From a virus (Duplodnaviria; Caudoviricetes), in the IMG/VR virus record IMGVR_UViG_3300043567_000426, positions 1-61,014 of that record: DNA of 61,014 bases; one strand, given 5' to 3'. Each line of letters starts with the position of its first letter. Positions within the stretch are counted from its first letter, which is position 1. Both the position numbers and the translations under genes were made by a program. Positions 42,239-50,350 of this stretch are shown piece after piece. The notes below the pieces were generated by a model. It worked only from the letters and a program-made list of their open reading frames with translations, searched no databases and was not told the DNA's origin.

Positions 42239-42661
42239 TTATTCTGGGATATCAAGCTCTGCGCTGACGTTTGCCATCGCTTGCTTCAGCGCGTCTTCGC
42301 TTATTGCTTTTGTTTGCGCGCCTTTCTTTCCTGCAAAAGGGAGCGTGTTCTCCGGCAAATTAATACCGCGCAGCCCAAGATCAGATGGATTGGCCCTTGG
42401 CGTTTCTGTCGCAAAGTGGCCAGCAAACGCAACGTAGTTGATCTTATCCTGCCAGCTATCAATTTTGGTCTTGTCATGCATCAAGCGCGCAGTCTTAACA
42501 AAATCCATGACCATAGCAATTTCAAACGGCGTTACTTCACGCTCAAAGAACACAGAAGCTAAAGCAGCAGCGCGGCCAAAACATTTTTCTGGAGCGCCAT
42601 AGTCGCTGCCGCGCTCAGTTAAGATGCCGGCTGACGACGTTAATATTGTATCATATCTCAT
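42239..42661 (-). CDS. DUF6378-like phage protein
   Basis: RG.DYG.P...F...A......K.AR......DSW.D..NY. Confidence 0.65.
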   Translation of the reverse strand: MRYDTILTSSAGILTERGSDYGAPEKCFGRAAALASVFFEREVTPFEIAMVMDFVKTARLMHDKTKIDSWQDKINYVAFAGHFATETPRANPSDLGLRGINLPENTLPFAGKKGAQTKAISEDALKQAMANVSAELDIPE

Positions 42662-42915
42662 ATCAATTTCTCCTGACTATTGAATACTTTTACCTTGCCA
42701 ACATATCGATGGTTAAGCGCAACATGACCACGGCTATAATATTCTGCATCTACTCTATCTTTGTAAAATTCCTCAACAATCACATAATCGTTATTGTTAA
42801 GCGCATTCACAAAGTCATCAAGGCTTGTTGACTCTTTATGCTCAACTTGCATTTGATGGACTAAATGGCCAGAATAGCTTGGCATATTCATCGTAACCAA
42901 AAAACGCATGTCCAT
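42658..42915 (-). CDS. Hypothetical protein
   Basis: Coupled ORF in the leftward operon. Confidence 0.5.
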   Translation of the reverse strand: MDMRFLVTMNMPSYSGHLVHQMQVEHKESTSLDDFVNALNNNDYVIVEEFYKDRVDAEYYSRGHVALNHRYVGKVKVFNSQEKLI

Positions 42916-43009
42916 TCCTTATGTGAGCGGGGTGTGACGCTGCTTTGCGGATAACATCACACCCCTTTATTAGGTAGCATTGGTTGGGCCGTGCTACCTA
43001 ATTACTTAA

Positions 43010-43672
43010 TCAACCAAAGTCGTCCATGCTTGGCGCAGATACGCGGGTTGATCCTGTTGATGGAGGCGTGGAGACCGACACCGTAACGGTATCTGAGGCA
43101 CTCGAACTACGCGCCTGATAAACGAGATCGTCTGGACGCGAAACCCAGCCAGTAATCTCGAAAACAGGAACGTAGTTCGTGCTCCTCGTGGCCCCTTCTC
43201 CAGAGGTCTCTGCATAACTGTCGTTCATTGTTACGACAGGTAACTTTCCAGCGTTCTTCTTGACGCCTTCTAAATATTCTCCATACAGCTTCTTGGCTGC
43301 TTTAACGAATGCTTTCGCGTTCGATGCAAGTTCGCGAACGTCGCCTCCACAGTCCTTCGCAAGCTTGACGATAACACGCACACCCTTCTTGTATCCATCT
43401 CCTGGGTTTGCGACGGGATCTCCATCTGCGAGGCGCGCAACTCTGAAGTCGGGAGCCATGCCAGCGGCAAAGCGAATATAGCCGCCTTCAAGATTCTCAA
43501 AGTCAAAAACTGCTTTAAACGTGCGTGAAATATCATGGCTATGGTTCTCTCCGCCTTCACGATCAATACGCGCCATTCTACCAGAACGCGCATCATATTT
43601 AACGATAGGAAGAAAGTCTGCGCCACCGGCGCCATTGCCACCAACATCATCAAAAAAAGAAAAGCCACTCAT
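43010..43672 (-). CDS. Probable ssDNA-binding protein
   Basis: Adjacent to the exonuclease; NY.PVFEITGWV.RP motif, flexible tail ending DDFG. Confidence 0.55.
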   Translation of the reverse strand: MSGFSFFDDVGGNGAGGADFLPIVKYDARSGRMARIDREGGENHSHDISRTFKAVFDFENLEGGYIRFAAGMAPDFRVARLADGDPVANPGDGYKKGVRVIVKLAKDCGGDVRELASNAKAFVKAAKKLYGEYLEGVKKNAGKLPVVTMNDSYAETSGEGATRSTNYVPVFEITGWVSRPDDLVYQARSSSASDTVTVSVSTPPSTGSTRVSAPSMDDFG

Positions 43673-43734
43673 GCTTTTGCTCCATTATGTAGTGATCTGG
43701 CCCACTACTCGCCTTCGCCCGATATGGGCAATTC

Positions 43735-44490
43735 CTATATTCCCCAAATCTCAAAAGCAGCTTGCGCTGTATCTGGATCGTTAAAGTAAAAGCTATCGCG
43801 CTCTGGCACCACAAATGATGCAAGCTCCGCTGGATCTTTCGATAAAGATAAAAACCGCTGTATCGTTAAGGCGATTCGTTCAACGGCTTTGACATGCTCT
43901 GCAATATTTTCAAGCCTATATGTTGCGCACTTTTTTGGCGTGACGTAGGTAAGGCGGCCATCAATATCCCCACCCGTCGCTGCACAGTAAAGGGCAACTT
44001 GACGCGCATGTTTGTTCGAGATTTTAGACGGTAATGCATGGGTTGTCTTCAGATCGACCAGAATTTTACTTTGTTCCCAAAATAAATCGTAATACCCAAT
44101 GATCGGCACTGACAGCCAATCGACGCGATATTCGATCTTACCTTGGGTCGAGGATGGTGCCCCATACGGCGCAAGCTCTTGCAAGCCGATTTTAACCATC
44201 TCTCCAACAGCGGATTTTTCTTTTTCGGATCGTGGGTCACTAGATAATACGTTAAGGCGCCAAAATTCTTTTTCCGCGACATCGACGCATTCCTTCTCGC
44301 TTGCGCCAGTTGTTAACCCATGAACAATACCTGTCTCTACAGATGTGCCTCTGTGCGCAGCTGCTCCTACCTGTCCTTTTTTCTTGAACACATAGGACAA
44401 TAGAAACGCGGCCGGAGAAGCCTCGTAAAGATTGCATGATGAAGATGATAGGTGTTCTATGCCGTGCGCGGCAAACGCGTCATTAACCAC
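43735..44490 (-). CDS. PD-(D/E)XK exonuclease (PDDEXK_1 / Cas4-like)
   Basis: HLS.SS, G..D.......DLKT, Q.ALY; start re-set to the GTG after a GAGG RBS. Confidence 0.75.
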   Translation of the reverse strand: MVNDAFAAHGIEHLSSSSCNLYEASPAAFLLSYVFKKKGQVGAAAHRGTSVETGIVHGLTTGASEKECVDVAEKEFWRLNVLSSDPRSEKEKSAVGEMVKIGLQELAPYGAPSSTQGKIEYRVDWLSVPIIGYYDLFWEQSKILVDLKTTHALPSKISNKHARQVALYCAATGGDIDGRLTYVTPKKCATYRLENIAEHVKAVERIALTIQRFLSLSKDPAELASFVVPERDSFYFNDPDTAQAAFEIWGI

Positions 44491-44519
44491 TTCTACCTCA
44501 ATTTCGATTTGATGGCCTA

Positions 44520-44548
44520 ACATAGCCACCCAGATTTTTTCAGTCAAG
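44520..44548 (-). promoter_or_regulatory. Alphaproteobacterial sigma70-type promoter for the leftward operon
   Basis: CTTGAC-N17-CTATGT on the minus strand. Confidence 0.6.
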
Positions 44549-44652
44549 CGCCAAAAAAGTGTTTGACAAAAGATTTTTTCCATTTAACCCTATATACACT
44601 GTGACGTATCGATATTGAATTAGGTGCTCTATGCAAAACACAAGTTCATCAT

Positions 44653-44737
44653 CGCATCTTGTCGAGCCTCGCGGCGTCACTGTGTCGCGTAACGCAAGGT
44701 TGCGTGGCGCGTCGTATCTCAATGCCTTACAACGCAA
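44653..44737 (+). ncRNA. Pentamer tract U1 (17 x [CGC-like + NN]); putative guide RNA
   Basis: cgcAT cttGT cgaGC ctcGC ggcGT cacTG tgtCG cgtAA cgcAA ggtTG cgtGG cgcGT cgtAT ctcAA tgcCT tacAA cgcAA. Confidence 0.75.
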
Positions 44738-44770
44738 CGTTTATCTAACGCAAACTAAATGGAGATTGAA

Positions 44771-45340
44771 ATGAGAATGTGCCGTATTAAAATTAAATCC
44801 ATCACGCCTTATTCAGCATCGCGTCCTGTCGATATTGAGAGAAATAAATCGGAAGGCCATGAGGAATTTGACAAGCGCATTTGGCGCGAGAAAGCGCACT
44901 TCACAAAAGATGAAGATGTTTTTATTCCCGGCGTTTCTTTCAAGCTGGCATTGGATGAAGTTGCATCTATGCTTAATGAAAAGATCAAAGGTAAAGGCAA
45001 TCAGACTTACGGAAAGATTGTTTCCACAGCAACTGTAGCAATGAGTGATCTTTTTATTAGTGTTAAAAAATCAGATCTAAAATCTATCACGATCTTTGCT
45101 AACCTTGATGGCAAGCGCGGCGGAACTGTTCGCGGAAATAGAACTTTCCCTATTGTGCCATCATGGGAAGGATCTGTTGATTTCCAGATCTTTAATGATG
45201 AACTTCCTGCGGAAGTCTTTGAGCGTTATATGACGCAAGCCGGATTGCTTACAGGCGTAGGCCGTGGGCGTCCGGGCATGAAGGCCCCTGCGGGTAATGG
45301 TCGTTTCCAGCCAATATCTTTTGAGTGGTCGGAAATTTAA
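44771..45340 (+). CDS. Stand-alone RAMP / Cas7-like protein
   Basis: N-terminal strand IKIKSITP, FIPGVSFKLAL (cf. IPGSSLKGAL in Cas7-group RAMPs), C-terminal G-rich loop GVGRGRP...GNGRF; 189 aa; no other cas genes nearby. Confidence 0.75.
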   Translation: MRMCRIKIKSITPYSASRPVDIERNKSEGHEEFDKRIWREKAHFTKDEDVFIPGVSFKLALDEVASMLNEKIKGKGNQTYGKIVSTATVAMSDLFISVKKSDLKSITIFANLDGKRGGTVRGNRTFPIVPSWEGSVDFQIFNDELPAEVFERYMTQAGLLTGVGRGRPGMKAPAGNGRFQPISFEWSEI

Positions 45341-45344
45341 TATT

Positions 45345-45601
45345 CGCACCATGACGTTTCGCCACGCGGCGCGACTCTTCTATCTGCAACGCAACGATAG
45401 ACAGGAGTTAACATCAAAAATGCTAGAGATCTATTTAAAAAATAGAAAGGTTTAACATCGCCTCGAAACTAATTGCGACGAAGCTAACCGTGGCGACACG
45501 CTGCGCAATACAACGCAACGGTTCATTAGACAATTTATTGTCGCTCTGTGCCGACCCGCGTCGTTACGCATCTTGACGAGTCGCGTAGCAACTCAACGCA
45601 A
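45345..45601 (+). ncRNA. Pentamer tracts U2 (45345-45394), U3 (45459-45518) and U4 (45542-45601)
   Basis: 10, 12 and 12 in-phase units, each ending in AA units with a final CGCAA; AT-rich linkers. Confidence 0.75.
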
Positions 45602-45622
45602 CAAATCACCAAGGAGAGTAAA

Positions 45623-46114
45623 ATGCCTAGAAGGCCAATGTTTAAGCAATCAGAAGAGACAATAAAAATTATTGCTCTCTTTAAGGAAATGCCGATTGGT
45701 AAGGAAATATCGTATCAAGACGCATCAGCAATCGTAGGGTTTAAGATAACGTCAACGCTTCCAGCATATCAGACAGCAAAGAAAGCTGCGGAGCGGGATC
45801 ATAACGTCGTTGTAGAAAGCATCAGAAGCTTTGGCTTTGTGCGCATTGACGGCACTGGCATGGTCGATCGCGCAAGCCGATTCTTTAAGAAAGTTCGCAA
45901 GGGCTCGCGCCGGGAGGCCCATGTGCAGGAAATCGCCATAACCACAAATCTCACGCGCGGTCAAATGATAACCGCGACTGAGCAGCTATCGCGCTTACGA
46001 ATATTAGAGACGACCGCATCAAGAGTTAAGTCTAGTAAAAACAAAGACGATGATGCGCTAAATAATTTTGTGTTTGACAATAGAGAAGCTTTGAAGGCTC
46101 TATTGACGAAATAA
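45623..46114 (+). CDS. Basic 163-aa unknown protein embedded in the pentamer array
   Basis: AAGGAG RBS before ATG 45623; flanked on both sides by tracts. Confidence 0.65.
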   Translation: MPRRPMFKQSEETIKIIALFKEMPIGKEISYQDASAIVGFKITSTLPAYQTAKKAAERDHNVVVESIRSFGFVRIDGTGMVDRASRFFKKVRKGSRREAHVQEIAITTNLTRGQMITATEQLSRLRILETTASRVKSSKNKDDDALNNFVFDNREALKALLTK

Positions 46115-46116
46115 TG

Positions 46117-46596
46117 CGGGACGCTGCTCGACGCTTTGCCGCGCGGCGCTTCTTGGCGACTTGTCGCTAATCGTAACGCCCGATTCTGCAACTCAACGCA
46201 ACGGTTCATTAGATGATTTACTACCGCAACGCTACACGCCTAGTCTTCCTGCAACGCTCTGCTCCGCATCTTAGCGCGCCTCAGTGTCACGCAACACAAC
46301 GCAACGGTTTATTTGTCAATTTACCCTCGCGGCTCATCGCACTACCCCTCAACGCAACGCAGGGTGGCGCTCTGCAACTCAACGCAACGGTTCATTATGC
46401 AATTTATTCACGCCGCTAATCGCATTGTGCCTCAACGCACTGCGTCGTGTCGCCGTGCAACTCAACGCAACGGTTCATTATGAAATTTATCTCCGTCACG
46501 CTTGGCTCCTCGCCGTATTGCATCGTTTCTCAGCATGGCGCACAGTCACGCACAGCACGGCTCCTTGACGCTACGCCCAGCAACTCAACGCAACGG
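46117..46596 (+). ncRNA. Pentamer tracts U5-U9 (46117-46201, 46225-46304, 46328-46387, 46411-46470, 46494-46593)
   Basis: 17, 16, 12, 12 and 20 in-phase units; shared end GCAAC(T/A)CAACGCAACGG followed by a TTCATTA..AATTTA-like linker. Confidence 0.85.
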
Positions 46597-46604
46597 AATA
46601 TTAA

Positions 46605-47060
46605 ATGACTGAAGCATGCATCATGGGAATAGATCCCGGCGTCTCTGGCGCCGTGGCATTTTATTTTCCAGATTACCCTAATAGAATTTCGGTATATGAT
46701 GCGCCATCGGTAGGGAAAGAAATTAATGCTCCAGCACTTGCGCAGCTTATTAAACAATATAGCCCAACAATTTGTTATATCGAATCAGTCAACGCAATGC
46801 CAAAGCAAGGCGTCACAAGCAGCTTCAACTTCGGACAAGCATATGGCTGCGTTCGAGGAGTGGTTGCAGCGTGTGGAGTTCCGACTGTTTTGGTAAGCCC
46901 ACGAAAGTGGAAAAGCTTTTTTGCTTTGGATTCGGATAAAGAAAAATCCAGAAGACTAGCAATAATGAAATGGCCTGATGGCGGTCATTTTAACAGAAAG
47001 AAAGATGACGGCCGCGCGGAAGCGGCCTTGATTGCTTTATATGGGAGCAAACAGTTATGA
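46605..47060 (+). CDS. RuvC-like Holliday junction resolvase
   Basis: GIDPG..GA, IE.V.AMP.QGV.S.FNFG, P..WK, DGRAEA.LIA. Confidence 0.85.
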   Translation: MTEACIMGIDPGVSGAVAFYFPDYPNRISVYDAPSVGKEINAPALAQLIKQYSPTICYIESVNAMPKQGVTSSFNFGQAYGCVRGVVAACGVPTVLVSPRKWKSFFALDSDKEKSRRLAIMKWPDGGHFNRKKDDGRAEAALIALYGSKQL

Positions 47061-47362
47061 GTGATTTTACTAATCTTTTAGAAAAATTGCGCAGCGAGCA
47101 TAACGACCCTTGGCAAGTAAATCCTGCCGCAAAGATAGCGGCCGACGCTATTGAATGGCTGGTAAAAGAAATCAATAATTTACGCGAAATGAGCGTTGCA
47201 GAAGAAGTTTTAGCAAATCAAATTAGAAAAGAAATTAGAGAAGATGAGCGTGAGCGTTGCGCAAAAATTGCGGAGCAGTTTTTATCAAATAACGAGCCGG
47301 TGCGCTTGACCGCAAGCAGTATAGCTGCCGCTATTAGGGAGAGAAGTAATGGGACTATTTGA
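47057..47362 (+). CDS. Hypothetical protein
   Basis: Coupled ORF; ERERCAKIAE...IAAAIR pattern common in phages. Confidence 0.55.
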   Translation: MSDFTNLLEKLRSEHNDPWQVNPAAKIAADAIEWLVKEINNLREMSVAEEVLANQIRKEIREDERERCAKIAEQFLSNNEPVRLTASSIAAAIRERSNGTI

Positions 47363-47729
47363 CAGCCCTTGGCTTAGTAAAGAAGATCATGAGCGGCTTG
47401 TCCATCTCAATCTTATTGGCCAAGTCAATATGCTTAATCTGCATAACTACGAGCTACAGGCTAAATTGGAAATGGCGCGTGGTAGGATAGTAGAACTAGA
47501 ACATCAACTGAAAGTTGAATGTGACACCTATCTCTGGAATCGCAAACTAATGTCGAGACGCATTGCGTCCTTACAGGGATGGATGAAGAAATTATTCAAA
47601 TACGGCAGTTCGTCGGAAGCAATACGCAATCAAATGACAATGACGACAGAGATACCCGACACATTGATGCGGGAAGGTGAGGATATTTTAATTGAAATAA
47701 CGCCAGCATTGGAGAACGGTAAAGAATAA
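47349..47729 (+). CDS. Hypothetical coiled-coil protein
   Basis: Coupled ORF. Confidence 0.5.
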   Translation: MGLFDSPWLSKEDHERLVHLNLIGQVNMLNLHNYELQAKLEMARGRIVELEHQLKVECDTYLWNRKLMSRRIASLQGWMKKLFKYGSSSEAIRNQMTMTTEIPDTLMREGEDILIEITPALENGKE

Positions 47730-47865
47730 AAAAGACGGCGTAGTTGGAGCTACGCCGTCGCCAGAAGTCTGGGAAGTCTCGATAAGTTTTTATAATGCAT
47801 TCTGTTAAGGAATGCAACATTTCCCCGACTCTGGTGGACAGTAAAAAACGCCAGAGGATAATAAA

Positions 47866-50151
47866 ATGATCGACTTCGATGATGAATATGCAAGCATTCG
47901 GCAATGGGCCAGAATGTATTTCGATCTTGGGCTGCAAGTTGTTCCTGCTTACAAGCCAGGAGAGCGCGATCAGTGGAAGCGCCCAGCGTTAAAGAACTGG
48001 ACGCATCTGCAAAAGCTGAAAATGTCTGAGGAGGATTTCAATCAATGGTGGGGGGATCATGGCGAGTTCGTTAACAGACATAGCCTTGGCTTCATTAATG
48101 GTTATGTTTCTGGCGATGTCTTTACTATTGATATAGACAGCTACAAAGACACCAACGCGGCCCTATGGCTCGAAGAAGCGCAAAACCTATTCAACGAAGG
48201 TAAGCTATTTAATACGCCAACGCAGACAACTGGCGGCGGCGGCAAGCAGCTTCTATTCAGAGCGCCTCCAGGTTGGTCGCCGCCAACATCAGCAAACCCT
48301 GTTATGGGAATTGATATCAGAGGCGAAGGCGGCTTTGCGATGTTGCCGCCATCTAATCATACGTCAGGCAAGCAATACGCATGGGATGATGATTATGAGC
48401 CATGGACCACACCCATCATGGAGGCTCCAGAAGGTTTCTGCGCAGCCATTGATGAGCTCTTTGGGCGGTTTAACAATAACCTTGGCGCAACGTCTCTAAC
48501 ACAAAAGGCGCTTTCAACGATTAAGATGCCAACGCCGGCATATAAGGAGGATGCTTTTGGTGGCGTAATTGATGGCCGTGAAGATCTGATGTTTCGATGG
48601 GTGTTTAAAGCATTAGTTGTTTTACACATCGAAACAAATGGCGAAGCGCCAACGGTAGATCAGGAAAGAGAAAGCTTTGAGCGGCTTTGCAAGTATTGGA
48701 TCGACAAGGTTGATTGCCAAGACCAGAACCCACCGCCGGGCTTAACAAAAGAACAGCTGCTAGACAGAGAAAACAGAGGGCCAAAATTACTCTGGAGCAA
48801 ATGGCGCCATACAATGCAGAAGCATTGGGCGGGGCGCATTGCGGAGGCGGCAAGAAATCCTAGAGAGGGTTTTAAAAGCCAGAAGGTAAATAAGCCGGAG
48901 CTCTACGATAGTTTTGATGAGATTGATTCTGAGCCTTCCGATTCGGAAGATTTTGTAGCGCCAAAGAAGAAGCTCTTCATCTTTAAAGATATGGAAGACA
49001 TTGAAAACTTCGTCCCGCCAAAAACGCTTGTCTCCTCAACCATCATCGAAAACAGCCTTGGCTTTTTCTTTGGAGCACCAGGTTCCGGCAAGACGTTCGT
49101 CTGCACATCCCTAGCTTTGTCGATCGCATATGGCGTTAAGAAGTGGTTTTGGAACACAATAATAGAGCGCCACGGTCCTGTGATTTACATCAGCACGGAA
49201 GGCACAAGCGATGTCAGGTTCCGCATAGAGGCGTGGAAGAAGCACCATAAATTAAAACGAAGAGCGCCTTTCTACCTCTTGGATGAAACGGTCAATTTCC
49301 TAGAGCGCGAAAGCGTCAACATGCTGATGGAATCAATAAAGAGCTTAATCCAGAACAAATTAGGCGGGGAAATGCCGGTGGCCATTTTTGTCGATACGGT
49401 TTCAAGGACGATCGCGGGAGCCGATGAGAATGGCCAAAAGGACATGACAAAATTTGTCGAGGTCTGCGACAAGATCCGGCGCGTCTTCAAAACCACGGTC
49501 ATCGGCGTTCACCACACCGGGCGCCAAGGCGAGACCATGCGCGGCTCAACGGTGCTAGACGGCGCTGCTGATTTCCTCATGCTGGTGAGCAGGCAGGATG
49601 GCTCCGAAAACGGAATCATCAGAGCGGAGAAGATCAAAGCCTTCAGAGACAAATGGGAGAAGCCATTCGCCTTAAAGCATATGGATTTAGGAGACATATG
49701 GAGCGAGGGTTCTCTGGTGGCTACTGACGTAGGCCCAGAGCCAAACACGGCGCCAGGAGCCTTTGGGGGCCCGCAGGAGACAGGTTTCTACCAAGCCGGC
49801 CCGATCAGGCTAACGATCGAAGAGAGAGACAATATCATAGCCTCTATAAAAGAGGATTGGGATGCATATCGCCCTTGGTCTATGGCGAGGAACATGAAGC
49901 TAGATCCACGCCATGCCTACCGCAGGCTGCATGCCGTAACGAAGCGCAGACTGAGCGAATCAAATTCATACGGGGTGATTTCTGCGTTCATTGATTCGGG
50001 TTTTGTATCCGAAGGAATACGAGATTCAAAAACCAAATTGAAGGGATTGAAAATAATTTTTGACCCCAAAAAAGCTACGGAAGTAAGCCAAAATAATTAC
50101 GGAGATGCGGAAGGAACTACCGTCTCTGAACCTAATGAAAACAACGACTAA
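47866..50151 (+). CDS. Bifunctional primase-polymerase fused to AAA_25/RepA-like helicase
   Basis: IDID, T.GGG...LF, IDIRG.GG...LPPS.H.SG..Y.W; Walker A GAPGSGKT; FVDT, HHTG, RGS..L. Confidence 0.85.
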   Translation: MIDFDDEYASIRQWARMYFDLGLQVVPAYKPGERDQWKRPALKNWTHLQKLKMSEEDFNQWWGDHGEFVNRHSLGFINGYVSGDVFTIDIDSYKDTNAALWLEEAQNLFNEGKLFNTPTQTTGGGGKQLLFRAPPGWSPPTSANPVMGIDIRGEGGFAMLPPSNHTSGKQYAWDDDYEPWTTPIMEAPEGFCAAIDELFGRFNNNLGATSLTQKALSTIKMPTPAYKEDAFGGVIDGREDLMFRWVFKALVVLHIETNGEAPTVDQERESFERLCKYWIDKVDCQDQNPPPGLTKEQLLDRENRGPKLLWSKWRHTMQKHWAGRIAEAARNPREGFKSQKVNKPELYDSFDEIDSEPSDSEDFVAPKKKLFIFKDMEDIENFVPPKTLVSSTIIENSLGFFFGAPGSGKTFVCTSLALSIAYGVKKWFWNTIIERHGPVIYISTEGTSDVRFRIEAWKKHHKLKRRAPFYLLDETVNFLERESVNMLMESIKSLIQNKLGGEMPVAIFVDTVSRTIAGADENGQKDMTKFVEVCDKIRRVFKTTVIGVHHTGRQGETMRGSTVLDGAADFLMLVSRQDGSENGIIRAEKIKAFRDKWEKPFALKHMDLGDIWSEGSLVATDVGPEPNTAPGAFGGPQETGFYQAGPIRLTIEERDNIIASIKEDWDAYRPWSMARNMKLDPRHAYRRLHAVTKRRLSESNSYGVISAFIDSGFVSEGIRDSKTKLKGLKIIFDPKKATEVSQNNYGDAEGTTVSEPNENND

Positions 50152-50350
50152 TATGCTTTACGGAAGCAATATTCTTCCGTAGTCAAAAAACAGCCTTTTA
50201 CTTACGGAGTTTTATTATGCAATATCAACGCCTTACATACGGAAGTAGGATTACGGAAGTAAATACCCCCCTTTGGGGAATCCCCCCTGCTCGCGCATCG
50301 CGCCTGACGGCGCTCGCGCTGCGCTTGGCGCTTGACGCGAGGCGCGAAGT
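50076..50350. repeat. TACGGAAG repeats followed by a GC-rich segment; candidate replication origin
   Basis: Copies at 50076, 50159, 50238, 50252 and an inverted copy at 50174-50181, at the 3' end of the primase-helicase gene. Confidence 0.5.

Noticed and set aside
45500-46600. Canonical CRISPR array (repeat GCAACTCAACGCAACGGTTCATTA with spacers)
   Set aside because: The apparent spacers vary widely in length and are themselves 5-nt periodic, the repeat is degenerate and non-palindromic, and no cas1 or cas2 is present.
44540-46757. Short ORFs over the pentamer tracts (44540-44737, 45961-46209, 46213-46419, 46284-46568) and the 45548 extension
   Set aside because: No clear RBS, and the Arg/Ala/Asn/Thr-rich translations are by-products of the 5-nt periodicity, which does not fit codon structure.
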